Positions 18,898 through 30,527 of a DNA stretch of 64,000 nucleotides are shown here, piece by piece. The notes beneath the pieces are model-generated. The model was given only the letters and a program-made list of their open reading frames with translations, searched no databases and was not told the origin of the DNA. Made by a program: the position numbers and the translations under genes. The stretch comes from Hyalangium minutum (lineage in GTDB: Bacteria > Myxococcota > Myxococcia > Myxococcales > Myxococcaceae), in the NCBI RefSeq assembly GCF_000737315.1, contig NZ_JMCB01000004.1, forward strand, positions 186,001-250,000. Reading direction: 5' to 3'. Positions within the stretch are counted from its first letter, which is position 1, and the number at the start of each line of letters is the position of its first letter.

Positions 18898-19878
18898 TCA
18901 TGGGGGCTTGGGGCTGCGCACCGTGGAACGCAGCCAGTCACGGTAGGGTGGGATACGGGTGAAGGTGGGCTCCAGGCCCAAGCCCCTGGCCGAGATTCCC
19001 ACCAGAAGCAGACCGTGAGCTCTCTCCCGGAGGCATGGACCGCCGCTGTCTCCTTTGAAGAGTTCTCGCTGGGGTTGCTCGAAGAGGATCCGCTCACTCC
19101 CAGGGGCTGCCGGTCCCACCGCTTTGTAGCGGGTGAAGCGGCGAGCACCCCCGCTGATGTTTCCCTGCAGAGAGTCAGTGCTCGTCCCACCCACGAGGAC
19201 GAAGGGTTCCCCCGGTTGAAGTTCCTCTCGTGAGAGCTGAACCGGGGTGTATTCCCGTTCCACGGGTGTCTCTAAAAGGATGAGCGCCAGATCTGCGCGG
19301 CTGGACTCCACCCTGCCTTCTTTGTCGAGAAGGATCTGGAAGTCGGGGTGAGGCCGAACCTCAGTCCCAGGGTAGGTCTGGGTCCAGCTGCAGGAAGGGA
19401 GGAAGTCATTTCCTTGGGAGGCATCCCAGAGCGACACCGTGATCTTGGGGTGAGACGCGCAGGACGTGCCATCGATAACGACTTTGCCCTGCTGTCCCGG
19501 CGTAGTGACGGGTTTTCTGACGCAGACGCAGTGCCCAGCCGTGAGCACCCACTGCGGAGCGAGCAACACGCTGCTGCACCAGCCATAGATGCCTGCGAGC
19601 ATGGGCTCGGATGTCGTGACCTGAACGGCTGCGGAGTAGCGGTTCCTGAAGTCTTCTCTGCCGGCCAGATCGAGATAGTAGTGCTTACGTGGATAGGGCC
19701 GTTCTGGAGGCAGAGCAGGGTCGGCATCTACAGGCTCGGTAGGTGTGGCTTCAGCAGTCACTGTTCCCGCATCCACCTGTATGGGGCTTGGTTCATGCCG
19801 GCCCTTGCAGCTGATCGTAGTGGCGAGCAGGGCGAGGGTCAGGGGCACGAGGACGCGTGAAGGCCAATGGTGAGTCAT
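18898..19878 (-). CDS. S1/trypsin-like serine protease lipoprotein
   Basis: ATG at 19878, LLATTISC lipobox-like, CSSVLL, VLTAGHC (His), ADLALI (Asp), GDSGGP (Ser). The longer ORF-track N-terminus is an antisense shadow of the next gene. Confidence 0.88.
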   Translation of the reverse strand: MTHHWPSRVLVPLTLALLATTISCKGRHEPSPIQVDAGTVTAEATPTEPVDADPALPPERPYPRKHYYLDLAGREDFRNRYSAAVQVTTSEPMLAGIYGWCSSVLLAPQWVLTAGHCVCVRKPVTTPGQQGKVVIDGTSCASHPKITVSLWDASQGNDFLPSCSWTQTYPGTEVRPHPDFQILLDKEGRVESSRADLALILLETPVEREYTPVQLSREELQPGEPFVLVGGTSTDSLQGNISGGARRFTRYKAVGPAAPGSERILFEQPQRELFKGDSGGPCLRERAHGLLLVGISARGLGLEPTFTRIPPYRDWLRSTVRSPKPP

Positions 19879-19986
19879 CTTCTGGTCTGAAGGGAGCAAG
19901 CAGGCAGCGGCGGCCGATGGAAGGTCGACTAGGATGAGGGTAACAGGCTGTTCGGAGTACGGACATCTGGGTGAGGAGCGGCAGGC

Positions 19987-22356
19987 ATGGCGGATGCGCG
20001 CAGCAACGAGCAGGTAGCGCCCAAGGACCCTGTTGGATCTTCGGCCTCGCTCGCCAGGGCGCTGCCCAGCGCCCAGCCCCCGATCGAGCCGAAGCCGCCC
20101 GCCGTGGGCCCCGTGCAGGAAGTGGCCGGTGGTGTGCCCGCGGTGATGTCCTCGCTCCAGCACGCCTGGGGCGAGATGGGGGCCATCCGTGGCACCCAGT
20201 TGCTGCTCAAGCTCAACCAGCAAGACGGCTTCGACTGTCCCGGCTGTGCCTGGCCGGATCCCGATACCCACCGCTCCGTCGCGGAGTTCTGCGAGAACGG
20301 CGCGAAGGCCGTGGCCGAGGAAGGCACCCTGGCCCGGATCACCCCGGAGTTCTTCCGTCAGCACAGCGTCTCCGAGCTCGCCGCGCAGTCGGACCTGTGG
20401 CTCGGCAAGCAGGGCCGCCTGACGCACCCCATGGTGCTGCGCGAGGGCGGCACGCACTACGAGCCGATCTCGTGGGAGGCGGCGTTCGCGCTCGTGGCAG
20501 AGGAACTGAACGCGCTTGGCTCGCCGGACGAGGCTTGCTTCTACACCTCCGGCCGCACCAGCAACGAGGCTGCGTTCCTCTACCAGCTCTTCGTGCGGCA
20601 GTTCGGCACCAACAACCTGCCGGACTGCGCCGATCTGTGCCACGAGTCGAGCGGCACGGCCCTCAATGAAGCGATCGGCATCGGCAAGGGCACGGTGACG
20701 CTGGAGGACTTCGAGAAGGCCGAGGCCATCTTCGTCATTGGCCAGAACCCTGGCACCAACCATCCGCGCATGCTCACCTCGCTGCAGGCAGCAGCCCGGC
20801 GAGGGTGCCAGATCGTCAGCATCAACCCGCTGCCCGAGACGGGCCTCAACCGCTTCAAGCATCCCCAGGAGCTGATCCAGCTCATCGGGCCGGGCACGGC
20901 CATCAACCGCCTATGGCTGCCCGTGCGCATCAACGGCGACGTGGCGCTGCTGAAGGGCCTGGGCAAGGCGCTCCTGGAGGAGGATGCGAAGCGGCCCGGC
21001 CAGGTGGTGGCCAAGGACTTCATCCGGCAGCGGACCACGGGCTTCGAGGCCTACGTGGAGGCCCTGCGCGCCATCTCCTGGGATGAGGTGGTGGAGCAGA
21101 GCGGAGTGCCCGCCGATCAGATCCGCGCGGCGGCGCAGATCCTGGCGAACTCGGACCGGACGATCTTCTGCTGGGCCATGGGGCTCACGCAGCACCAGAA
21201 TGCCGTGGCGAACATCCAGGAGATCGCCAACCTGGCGCTGATGCGAGGCAGCATCGGCAAGCCGGGCGCAGGGCTGTGCCCGGTGCGAGGCCACAGCAAC
21301 GTCCAGGGCGATCGGACCATGGGCATCGTGGAGAAGCCAGCCCCCGCGTTCTTGGACGCGCTCCAGCGCGAGTTCTCCTTCGAGCCTCCGCGCAACCCGG
21401 GCCTGGATACCGTGGCCACCATCCGTGCCATGCACGCCGGGCAGGTGAAGGTGCTCTTCGCGCTCGGGGGGAACTTCCTATCGGCCACGCCGGACACCGA
21501 GTTCACCGCCGAGGCTCTGCGCCGCACGCGCCTCACCGCGCACGTGTCCACCAAGCTGAACCGGGCGCACCTCGTTCACGGCCGACGGGCGCTCATCCTC
21601 CCGTGCCTCGGGCGCACCGAGCGGGATGTCCGCACGGGCGGCGAGCAGTTCGTCACGGTGGAGAACTCGATGGGCGTGGTGCACACCTCGCGGGGCGCGG
21701 TGGAGCCCGCCTCCGAGCACCTGCGCAGCGAGCCGGACATTGTCGCTGGGCTGGCGCGGGCGGTGCTCGGCCAGCGCAGCCGGGTGGAGTGGCAGGCGCT
21801 GGTGGAGGACTACGATCGCATCCGTGAGCGTATCGCGCGTGTCGTGCCGGGCTTCCAGGACTTCAACCGGCGCGTGCGCGAACCGGGCGGCTTCTACCTG
21901 CCCAACGGGCCGCGCGAGGGCCGCTTCACCACGCCCGATGGCAAGGCGCGCTTCACGGTTCACCCGCTGCCGCGCATCGAGCTGGCCCCGGGCCAGTTGC
22001 TGATGATGACGATCCGCAGCCACGACCAGTACAACACCACGCTGTACGGACTGGATGATCGGTATCGCGGCATCCTCAATGGGCGGCGGGTGGTGCTGCT
22101 GAACCCGGAGGACATGCGCGCGCTGGGAGTCTCCGAGGGGCAGGTGGTGGATCTCACGAGCCACTTCCGGGGCGAGCAGCGCGTAGCGCGCCGCTTCGTG
22201 GTGGTGCCTTACCGGATCCCCCGGCGGTGCGCGGCCACGTACTTCCCCGAGACCAACGTGTTGGTGCCCATCGACAACTACGCGGAGAAGAGCCGCACGC
22301 CGGCCTCGAAGTCGGTGGTCATCAGCGTGACGCCTTCAGACGCGACGAGGGGCTGA
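19987..22356 (+). CDS. FdhF/YdeP-family molybdopterin oxidoreductase
   Basis: FDCPGCAWP, EFCENGAK, YTSGRTSNE, NNLPDCADLCHE, GQNPGTNHPRM, RGHSNVQGDR, RSHDQYNTT. Confidence 0.93.
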   Translation: MADARSNEQVAPKDPVGSSASLARALPSAQPPIEPKPPAVGPVQEVAGGVPAVMSSLQHAWGEMGAIRGTQLLLKLNQQDGFDCPGCAWPDPDTHRSVAEFCENGAKAVAEEGTLARITPEFFRQHSVSELAAQSDLWLGKQGRLTHPMVLREGGTHYEPISWEAAFALVAEELNALGSPDEACFYTSGRTSNEAAFLYQLFVRQFGTNNLPDCADLCHESSGTALNEAIGIGKGTVTLEDFEKAEAIFVIGQNPGTNHPRMLTSLQAAARRGCQIVSINPLPETGLNRFKHPQELIQLIGPGTAINRLWLPVRINGDVALLKGLGKALLEEDAKRPGQVVAKDFIRQRTTGFEAYVEALRAISWDEVVEQSGVPADQIRAAAQILANSDRTIFCWAMGLTQHQNAVANIQEIANLALMRGSIGKPGAGLCPVRGHSNVQGDRTMGIVEKPAPAFLDALQREFSFEPPRNPGLDTVATIRAMHAGQVKVLFALGGNFLSATPDTEFTAEALRRTRLTAHVSTKLNRAHLVHGRRALILPCLGRTERDVRTGGEQFVTVENSMGVVHTSRGAVEPASEHLRSEPDIVAGLARAVLGQRSRVEWQALVEDYDRIRERIARVVPGFQDFNRRVREPGGFYLPNGPREGRFTTPDGKARFTVHPLPRIELAPGQLLMMTIRSHDQYNTTLYGLDDRYRGILNGRRVVLLNPEDMRALGVSEGQVVDLTSHFRGEQRVARRFVVVPYRIPRRCAATYFPETNVLVPIDNYAEKSRTPASKSVVISVTPSDATRG

Positions 22357-22402
22357 CAGGGGAGGGCGCCGCTCATGCTGAACGGCACCCCGTGGGTGCC
22401 AG

Positions 22403-22434
22403 CGCGGCGCCTCGAATCCATCTGAGGCGCCGCG
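22403..22434. terminator. GC-rich hairpin between convergent genes
   Basis: CGCGGCGCCTC (22403-22413) pairs with GAGGCGCCGCG (22424-22434). No U-tract. Confidence 0.55.
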
Positions 22435-22458
22435 GGTGCTGCGCTCACGGCCGCTACC

Positions 22459-23634
22459 TCACGAGTGCAGCGGAGTGTCCCCGGGCTTCTGCACCGGCGC
22501 CTGCTCCTGGTCCTGCGCCCCCCGCTCTGGGGCCGGCCCTCGGCGGCCCGGCACCTGCGCTTGGCCCTCGCGGTTCTGGGCCAGCGGGAGCTGCTCGCCG
22601 TGCACCTCCGGCTGGGCACTGGTGCTCACTTGCCCCTCGCGCTGCACTCGCAGCGAGTTGTGGACGTCCTTCACCCCGAGCACGGACTCGGCGAGCGCCT
22701 CGATGGCCCGCTTCTCGTCCCGGCTCTTCACCGTCCCCAGGAGGATGATCTCACCGTCTTTGACCTGGACGTCGACGTTCTCGGCGTCCATCCAGCTCAT
22801 CATGAGCCGGTCGCACAGCTCCTCGCGGATGCGGGAGTCCGAGCGCTGGTAGCCCTTCGGCCCCCGGCCCATGGGACGTGTTGCGCTCTCGCGGTAGGTG
22901 CCGCCCAGCATGCCCCCGTGCCCCAGCTCGCGATCCCCATTCTCCCGGCGGGTCATGCTGGTACCGTAGCCCGTGCGGAGGGGTTCCATGTTCTCCACGC
23001 CGGGTCCATGTCCGTAGCGCGGCTCATAGTCCCGGTGGTGGCGCTGCTCGCTGTATCGATGGCGAAGCTCGGACAGGTCGTCCAGGTCATGCAGCCCCGC
23101 GAGGTTGTAGTGGGGACGCTCCTCCCGCTCGGGCGCTTCACCCCTCCACCGCTCAGTGTCGTAAGGCCGGCTGGAGGGGCCCATCCGCTCCCCGTACCGC
23201 TGCGGGCGCCCCCGCTCCTCGCGCAACTCGTCGTGGAAGGAGCCGCTCGGACTGGCCCGCCAATCCTCCCGGTCGACGTCGCCGGGGGCTCGGCCCCACA
23301 TCTCGCGATCCCGATCGTCATACCGGCGCACGTCCCGCTCACGCCCCGGGTCCCGGAACCGCCGCTCGCCCTGCTCTCGGGGCAGCTCCCGCGAGCCAAA
23401 GTCCTCCCGCCCCCGGCCGAATCTCTTCTCGTCGGCACTCCGGGTCAGCTCATCCCGGGTAGAGCGAGCGCGCTCGGTGCCGCGCATGTCCGCGCGCTCC
23501 CAATCACGGCCCAGCCGCTCGCCCTCTCCGTAGCCCCGCTCGTCCGAACCGCGGTGGCGATCGGTTCGTCGATCCGCCTCCGCATCGCGCACGTCGCCTC
23601 GGAATCGCTTCTCATCATCACGCCTGCCTGCCAT
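22459..23634 (-). CDS. BON-domain protein with a long charged low-complexity N-terminus
   Basis: GRGPKGYQRSDSRIREELCDRL...VDVQVKDGEIILLGTV...GVKDVHNSLRV. Start ATG at 23634 (alternative 23655). Confidence 0.85.
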   Translation of the reverse strand: MAGRRDDEKRFRGDVRDAEADRRTDRHRGSDERGYGEGERLGRDWERADMRGTERARSTRDELTRSADEKRFGRGREDFGSRELPREQGERRFRDPGRERDVRRYDDRDREMWGRAPGDVDREDWRASPSGSFHDELREERGRPQRYGERMGPSSRPYDTERWRGEAPEREERPHYNLAGLHDLDDLSELRHRYSEQRHHRDYEPRYGHGPGVENMEPLRTGYGTSMTRRENGDRELGHGGMLGGTYRESATRPMGRGPKGYQRSDSRIREELCDRLMMSWMDAENVDVQVKDGEIILLGTVKSRDEKRAIEALAESVLGVKDVHNSLRVQREGQVSTSAQPEVHGEQLPLAQNREGQAQVPGRRGPAPERGAQDQEQAPVQKPGDTPLHS

Positions 23635-23782
23635 CGCGGCCTCCCCCTGGGGCACTCAGCCAGCCCCATGCTCGTACGCACGCCTGGCCGCTCCTGGCCA
23701 GGGTCTCTCCTGGAGGTTCGTGTCCGTCCGGGCGCGCGGCAATGAGCCCCTTGCGTGCTCGATGGGCAGGCAGGAGAGACGC

Positions 23783-25168
23783 CTACGACGCGAGCTCCAC
23801 CCGCTCCAGGTACCGGGGCACTGCGGCCTTCCAGCCCTGGGACTCCACGCGGTTCTTCAGCGCCTGGAGCGCCGAGGGCTCACCGTGCACCAGCAGCGTC
23901 TGCCGGGGCGGTGACTCGAAGCCCTCCATCCAGCGCAGCGTCTCGGTCCAGTCCGCGTGCGCGGAGAACCCGCTCACCACGCGGATGTCCGCCTCCACCG
24001 GGATCATCTCCCCGTGGATCTTGATCTGCTTCTCCCCATCCAGCAGGCGCCGCCCGCGCGTGCCCTCGGACTGGTAGCCCACGAAGAGCACGGTGTTTCG
24101 CGCGTCCGGCAGCCGGTGCTTCATGTGGTGCAGCACCCGGCCGCCCGTGGCCATCCCCGACGCGGAGATGATGATCCCCGGCCCCTCGTGCATGTTGAGC
24201 CGCTTGCTGTCGTTCGGCGAGGTGACGAACCGCGTGCGCCGCGTGGCCAGTGGCGTCTTCCCGCGCTCCACCAGCGAGCTCATGCCCAGGTCATGCTCCT
24301 CCGGGTGCGCCAGGTAGATCGGGGTGGCGTCGCACGCCATGGGCGAGTCCACGAACACATCCATCTCCGGAATCCGGCTCGCCTCCTCCAGGTTGCGCAG
24401 GTGGTAGAGCAGCTCCTGCGTCCTCCCCACCGCGAAGGCGGGGATGATCACCATGCCCCGGCGGTCGTAGGCCCGCTTCACCGCGTTGCACAGCGCCTCC
24501 TCGGGGCGCGTCTCGCCGTGCTCCCGGTCACCGTAGGTGCTCTCCACCACCAGCGTGGTGGCCCCGCTCACGCTCTCCGGATCCCTCAGGATGGGCGCGT
24601 TGTAGCGGCCGAGATCTCCACTGAACACCACGCGTTGGCCCGTGCTCTTCAAGTCGAAGGCGCACACCGCCGAGCCCAGGATGTGGCCCGCCCTATAAAA
24701 GGTGAGGGTGATGCCCGGGAGGATCTGCTTGGGCCGCTCGTAACCGAACGTCTCCATCAGCCTCACCGCTCGCTCGGCATCCTGTACCCCGTAGAGCGGC
24801 AGTGCCGGCTGGTGCCGGGAGTAGTGCTCCTTGTTGGCGTAGCGCGCCTCTTCCTCTTGGAGGTGCGCCGAGTCCGGCAGCAGCAGCGCCGACAAGTCCC
24901 GCGTCCCCGAGGTGCAGTACACCGAGCCGTTGTAGCCCTCGCGCACCACCCGCGGCAGCCCGCCCGTGTGGTCGATATGCGCGTGCGTCAGGACGATCGC
25001 ATCCAGGCTCGAGGCCGGGACGGGGAGGGGCTCCCAGTTGCGCTGCCGCAGCTCCTTCTTGCCCTGGAATAGCCCGCAGTCGACGAGCACGCGCTGCCCC
25101 TCGTGCTCCAGCAGGAACTTCGAGCCGGTGACGGTACCCGCGGCACCGAGGAAATGGATGGAGGCCAT
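23783..25168 (-). CDS. MBL-fold beta-CASP hydrolase with RNA-specificity domain (Ysh1-like)
   Basis: GAAGTVTGS, THAHIDH, AGHILGS, FSGDLG, ESTYGDR, PAFAVGRTQE, FSAHAD. Confidence 0.92.
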   Translation of the reverse strand: MASIHFLGAAGTVTGSKFLLEHEGQRVLVDCGLFQGKKELRQRNWEPLPVPASSLDAIVLTHAHIDHTGGLPRVVREGYNGSVYCTSGTRDLSALLLPDSAHLQEEEARYANKEHYSRHQPALPLYGVQDAERAVRLMETFGYERPKQILPGITLTFYRAGHILGSAVCAFDLKSTGQRVVFSGDLGRYNAPILRDPESVSGATTLVVESTYGDREHGETRPEEALCNAVKRAYDRRGMVIIPAFAVGRTQELLYHLRNLEEASRIPEMDVFVDSPMACDATPIYLAHPEEHDLGMSSLVERGKTPLATRRTRFVTSPNDSKRLNMHEGPGIIISASGMATGGRVLHHMKHRLPDARNTVLFVGYQSEGTRGRRLLDGEKQIKIHGEMIPVEADIRVVSGFSAHADWTETLRWMEGFESPPRQTLLVHGEPSALQALKNRVESQGWKAAVPRYLERVELAS

Positions 25169-25177
25169 CCCTCCAGT

Positions 25178-25408
25178 CTAGTCGCGCACGTCCTGCAGGT
25201 CGGGAAGATTGTCCGGGTCGATCTTCAGCATCACACACAGCCGCGTCAGCGTGGAGACGCTCGGCAGCAGCCGCCCGCGCTCGATGCTCCCGTAGCTCAT
25301 GGGGGGCAGGTCGACCCGGCGGGCGACCTCTTCCTGCGACAGGCCTGCCTTCTCCCGGGCCTCGCGGATGGCGGCTCCGAGGGCGATGGCCCGTTCTCTC
25401 TGACTCAT
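25178..25408 (-). CDS. XRE-family helix-turn-helix regulator
   Basis: IREAREKAGLSQEEVARRVDL...YGSIERGRLLPSVSTLTRLC. Confidence 0.9.
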   Translation of the reverse strand: MSQRERAIALGAAIREAREKAGLSQEEVARRVDLPPMSYGSIERGRLLPSVSTLTRLCVMLKIDPDNLPDLQDVRD

Positions 25409-25488
25409 GGGGGAACTCCCTGGGGGCCTTCCAGCCTAGTCCATACGACGCAATGAGTCTTTCGACGGCCCTCTTTCATTCGGGGGCT

Positions 25489-25527
25489 ACTCTCGACGTA
25501 GAGTCGCTGTAAATTTACCCTTTGGGT
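25489..25527. promoter_or_regulatory. Candidate operator/promoter palindromes between the divergent XRE and kinase-like genes
   Basis: ACTCT-N6-AGAGT (25489-25504), perfect GTAAATTTAC (25509-25518) and ACCC-TTT-GGGT (25517-25527). Confidence 0.35.
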
Positions 25528-25537
25528 TGTCCGCTAT

Positions 25538-26773
25538 ATGAAACGAGGAGCCCCTTCCATGCCGAGCACTTCCTCGGTCCATTCCCCCCTGGCCGGTCCC
25601 GTGCTGCTGCAGTCCGGTCGCACCACCTATGAGCTCGTCCGGCCCCTGGAGCACACCTGGCACGGAGAGCTGCTGCTGGCACGGCGGCACTTCGACTCGA
25701 ACATGGGGGACTACGTCGTCCTCAAGCGGCTGAGCCGCGACTGCCGCGAGGAGGACTACCGCCGGCTCATGGAGGAGGTGGCCATCAACGCCCGGTTGCG
25801 GCACCCCAGCATCGCGACCATGCACGACCTGGAGGGTACCGAGGGCGATCCTTACCTCGTGCTGGAGTATGTGGAGGGGCACCGCCTGGACGCCCTGCTC
25901 GCGCTGTCCACCCAGGTGGGCAAGCCGCTCTCCGAGGCGTTCGCCTGTTACGTGGGGGCCGAGGTCGCCGACGCGCTTCACCACGCTCACCTGCTCACCA
26001 ACGAGCAGGGGCGGTGGATGCGCCTGGTCCACCGCAACGTGTCGCTGGACACCATCATCCTGGGCAACCAGGGGCAGGTGAAGCTCACCGACTTCGGAGC
26101 CGTCTGGTCCTCGGATCCCTCGCGCTACCCCACGGAGGACGATGCGCTGCCCAACAACCTCGCGTATGCCTCGCCCGAGGTGACGCGCAAGGCGCAGCTG
26201 GACGGGCGCGCCGATCAATTCTCCTTGGCCGCCGTGCTCCTGCACCTGCTCACGGGCCGGCCGCTCATCGAGGGCACGGATCGGCTCACCCAGGAACTGC
26301 GCGAGCTGCGGCGCCGCGTGGACGAGGCCACCTCGCTGGGCAAGAGCGACAAGGCCGCCGTCGCGCTCGTGGTGGATCTCAAGGGGCAGATCCGCAAGCT
26401 CACCTGGTCCTTCATCGAGCAGGTCCGAGCGATGAGCACGCGGGATATCGCCGAGGCGACACGCACGCTGTCCGCGGGTCTGAGGCCCATCCTCCGGCGG
26501 GCCCTGGCGCCCAACCGGACGGATCGCTTCCCCTCGTGCGAGGAGTTCGGCCGGGAGCTGCGCCTGCACCTGTGGCGCATCGGCCAGCTCTATGGACGCA
26601 AGGAGGCGGAGCACGAGGTGGCGGCCCTGAGCAAGCGGGCCAAGGCGCGGTCTTCCTCCCGGGCGGTGACGGCTCCCAAGGCCACTGCGGCCCACCGGGC
26701 AGCCGCCCCCTCCAGCGGACGGCGGGGGGCCTCCACCGAGGGGCGTCGCAAGCGGGAGTCCCGGCCTCGGTAG
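25538..26773 (+). CDS. Hanks-type Ser/Thr kinase-like protein, probably a pseudokinase
   Basis: VVLKR, LVLEYVEG, KLTDFG, YASPE, DGRADQFSL are present. The catalytic loop reads HRNVSLDT and there is no Gly-rich loop. Confidence 0.85.
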   Translation: MKRGAPSMPSTSSVHSPLAGPVLLQSGRTTYELVRPLEHTWHGELLLARRHFDSNMGDYVVLKRLSRDCREEDYRRLMEEVAINARLRHPSIATMHDLEGTEGDPYLVLEYVEGHRLDALLALSTQVGKPLSEAFACYVGAEVADALHHAHLLTNEQGRWMRLVHRNVSLDTIILGNQGQVKLTDFGAVWSSDPSRYPTEDDALPNNLAYASPEVTRKAQLDGRADQFSLAAVLLHLLTGRPLIEGTDRLTQELRELRRRVDEATSLGKSDKAAVALVVDLKGQIRKLTWSFIEQVRAMSTRDIAEATRTLSAGLRPILRRALAPNRTDRFPSCEEFGRELRLHLWRIGQLYGRKEAEHEVAALSKRAKARSSSRAVTAPKATAAHRAAAPSSGRRGASTEGRRKRESRPR

Positions 26774-26897
26774 AGAGGAGGAACCTGAGGCCAGGCTGGA
26801 CCTCCTGGAGTGCCATGGCCAGCTTTGATGGCCGGTAGCGCCGGACGGCTGGCTGTGCTAGGCCGCCCCTCTCCCTCCCGAGGAGACAGGAGAACGT

Positions 26898-27305
26898 ATG
26901 GGTCGCCGTCAGATCCGCGTCGTAGGCGCGATGCTCCAGAACGACGAAGGGTGCTACCTGATCACCCAGCGCCCTCCCAAGGCGTCGCTGCCCCTGCTGT
27001 GGGAGTTTCCCGGCGGCAGGGTGGAAGAGGGGGAGACCGATGCCCAGGCGCTCGCGCGGGAGATCCGCGAGGAGATGGGTGTCGACGTCACCGTGCTCGA
27101 TCAGGCGATGCACACGCATCACGAGTACCCGAAATATGACATCGACTTCCGCGTCTTCCGCTGCCGCCTGGCCCACGCGAAGGCCGAGATCCAGCACCTG
27201 CGCGTGCACGATCACCGCTGGGTGACGCTGGAGCAGATGTCGCAGTACCAGTTCCCCGACGCAGACGCGAAGACGCTGGCGAAGCTGCTCGATCTGGAAT
27301 CGTGA
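26898..27305 (+). CDS. Nudix hydrolase (MutT/NudG-like)
   Basis: Nudix box WEFPGGRVEEGETDAQALAREIREEMG. Confidence 0.92.
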   Translation: MGRRQIRVVGAMLQNDEGCYLITQRPPKASLPLLWEFPGGRVEEGETDAQALAREIREEMGVDVTVLDQAMHTHHEYPKYDIDFRVFRCRLAHAKAEIQHLRVHDHRWVTLEQMSQYQFPDADAKTLAKLLDLES

Positions 27306-27306
27306 C

Positions 27307-28251
27307 GTGGGACGCCTCGCCGCGGTGCTGATCGCGGGCGTGGCCTGCATCTGTGCTTGCTCGCGCTCCAAGCCGGTGTCGGCCCAGCAGGACGGCGCGC
27401 GGGACGCGGGCCTCCGCCTCTATTCCCCCGCCACGGGAGTCCCCGGCTGCACCCTCTATGGAGCGCCTCGGCAGACGGGCACCGTGCCCGCCGAGCTGGG
27501 GGAGCTGTCCGGCCTGGCCGCCAGCACGCGGCACGAGGGGATCTTCTGGGCCCACAATGACTCGGACGACGCCTTCCGCGTGTATGCCTTGGAGGACAGC
27601 GGAAAGATTCGCGCCACGATGACCCTGACGGGGGCCAAGCCCACGGACCTCGAGGACATCGCCGTGGGGCCGTGCGAGCCCCGGGCCGAGGCCCCCCCGT
27701 GCCTCTACCTGGCGGACACAGGAGACAACTTCCAGCGCCGCAAGGAGGTGCGCCTCTTCCGGCTGCCAGAGCCAGAGCAGCTCGCGGACGCCACCCTCCC
27801 GGTCGAGACGCTGGCGTTCACCTACCCAGACGGTCCCCACAACGTGGAGGCCCTCGTGATCGACGCCAGATCGGGCCACCTCGCTGTCATCACCAAGACA
27901 CCGGAGTCGCTGGGGGACGTCTACTCGCTGGAGGGGCTTGGCCCCAGCGCCACGGGCAAGGCGGTGAAGCTGGGCACGCTGCGCGCACCGCAAGATGTTG
28001 ACCGGTTGACGACAGGCGCGGACCTGCACCCTTCAGGCGAGCGGTTGCTGTTGAGGACGTATACCCGGGCCTGGGAGGTGCGAGGCCCCAAGGCCCAACG
28101 CCTCCAGGAGCTGATTGCGGGAGAGGTGGCCGAGGTACCTGCCGCAAGCCAGGCGCAGGCCGAGGCCATCACTTTCACTCCGGGGGGGCGCGGCTACCTG
28201 CTCGGGTCGGAGTTCGCGGGTCAACCGTTGTATCGGACGGACTGCCAATGA
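27307..28251 (+). CDS. Hypothetical lipoprotein, probable beta-propeller
   Basis: GTG start, CICAC lipobox-like, ELSGL, WAHNDS, DLEDIA, LYLADTGDN, NVEAL, QAEAI repeats. Confidence 0.75.
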   Translation: MGRLAAVLIAGVACICACSRSKPVSAQQDGARDAGLRLYSPATGVPGCTLYGAPRQTGTVPAELGELSGLAASTRHEGIFWAHNDSDDAFRVYALEDSGKIRATMTLTGAKPTDLEDIAVGPCEPRAEAPPCLYLADTGDNFQRRKEVRLFRLPEPEQLADATLPVETLAFTYPDGPHNVEALVIDARSGHLAVITKTPESLGDVYSLEGLGPSATGKAVKLGTLRAPQDVDRLTTGADLHPSGERLLLRTYTRAWEVRGPKAQRLQELIAGEVAEVPAASQAQAEAITFTPGGRGYLLGSEFAGQPLYRTDCQ

Positions 28252-28387
28252 CCTGTCGTTGGCATGATGACAACGCGAGAGGCACGTCGGGTTGACGGGT
28301 TGGCGGGGGTGACCATCTTTGCCCGGCAGGTGTGACGCCTCGCCACATGTGAGCGAGGCCTGTGGGGAGGGGCGGAGCGTGCCGACG

Positions 28388-30439
<2,052 letters not shown>

Positions 30440-30527
30440 GCGTCAGGGCAGCAGGCAGCCGTGCACCGTTCGGCTGCCTGCAGCGTCCAAAATCAGAATT
30501 AAGTTGAAGCGAAAGGAGGCGGCGGCC

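Noticed and set aside
19879-20862. N-terminal extension of the 654-aa ORF 18898-20862
   Set aside because: It is antisense to the FdhF/YdeP gene. The protease has its own signal peptide from the ATG at 19878.
19987-22356. Selenocysteine formate dehydrogenase
   Set aside because: No in-frame TGA; the active-site position is Cys (CADLCH), and no fdh partner subunits are adjacent.
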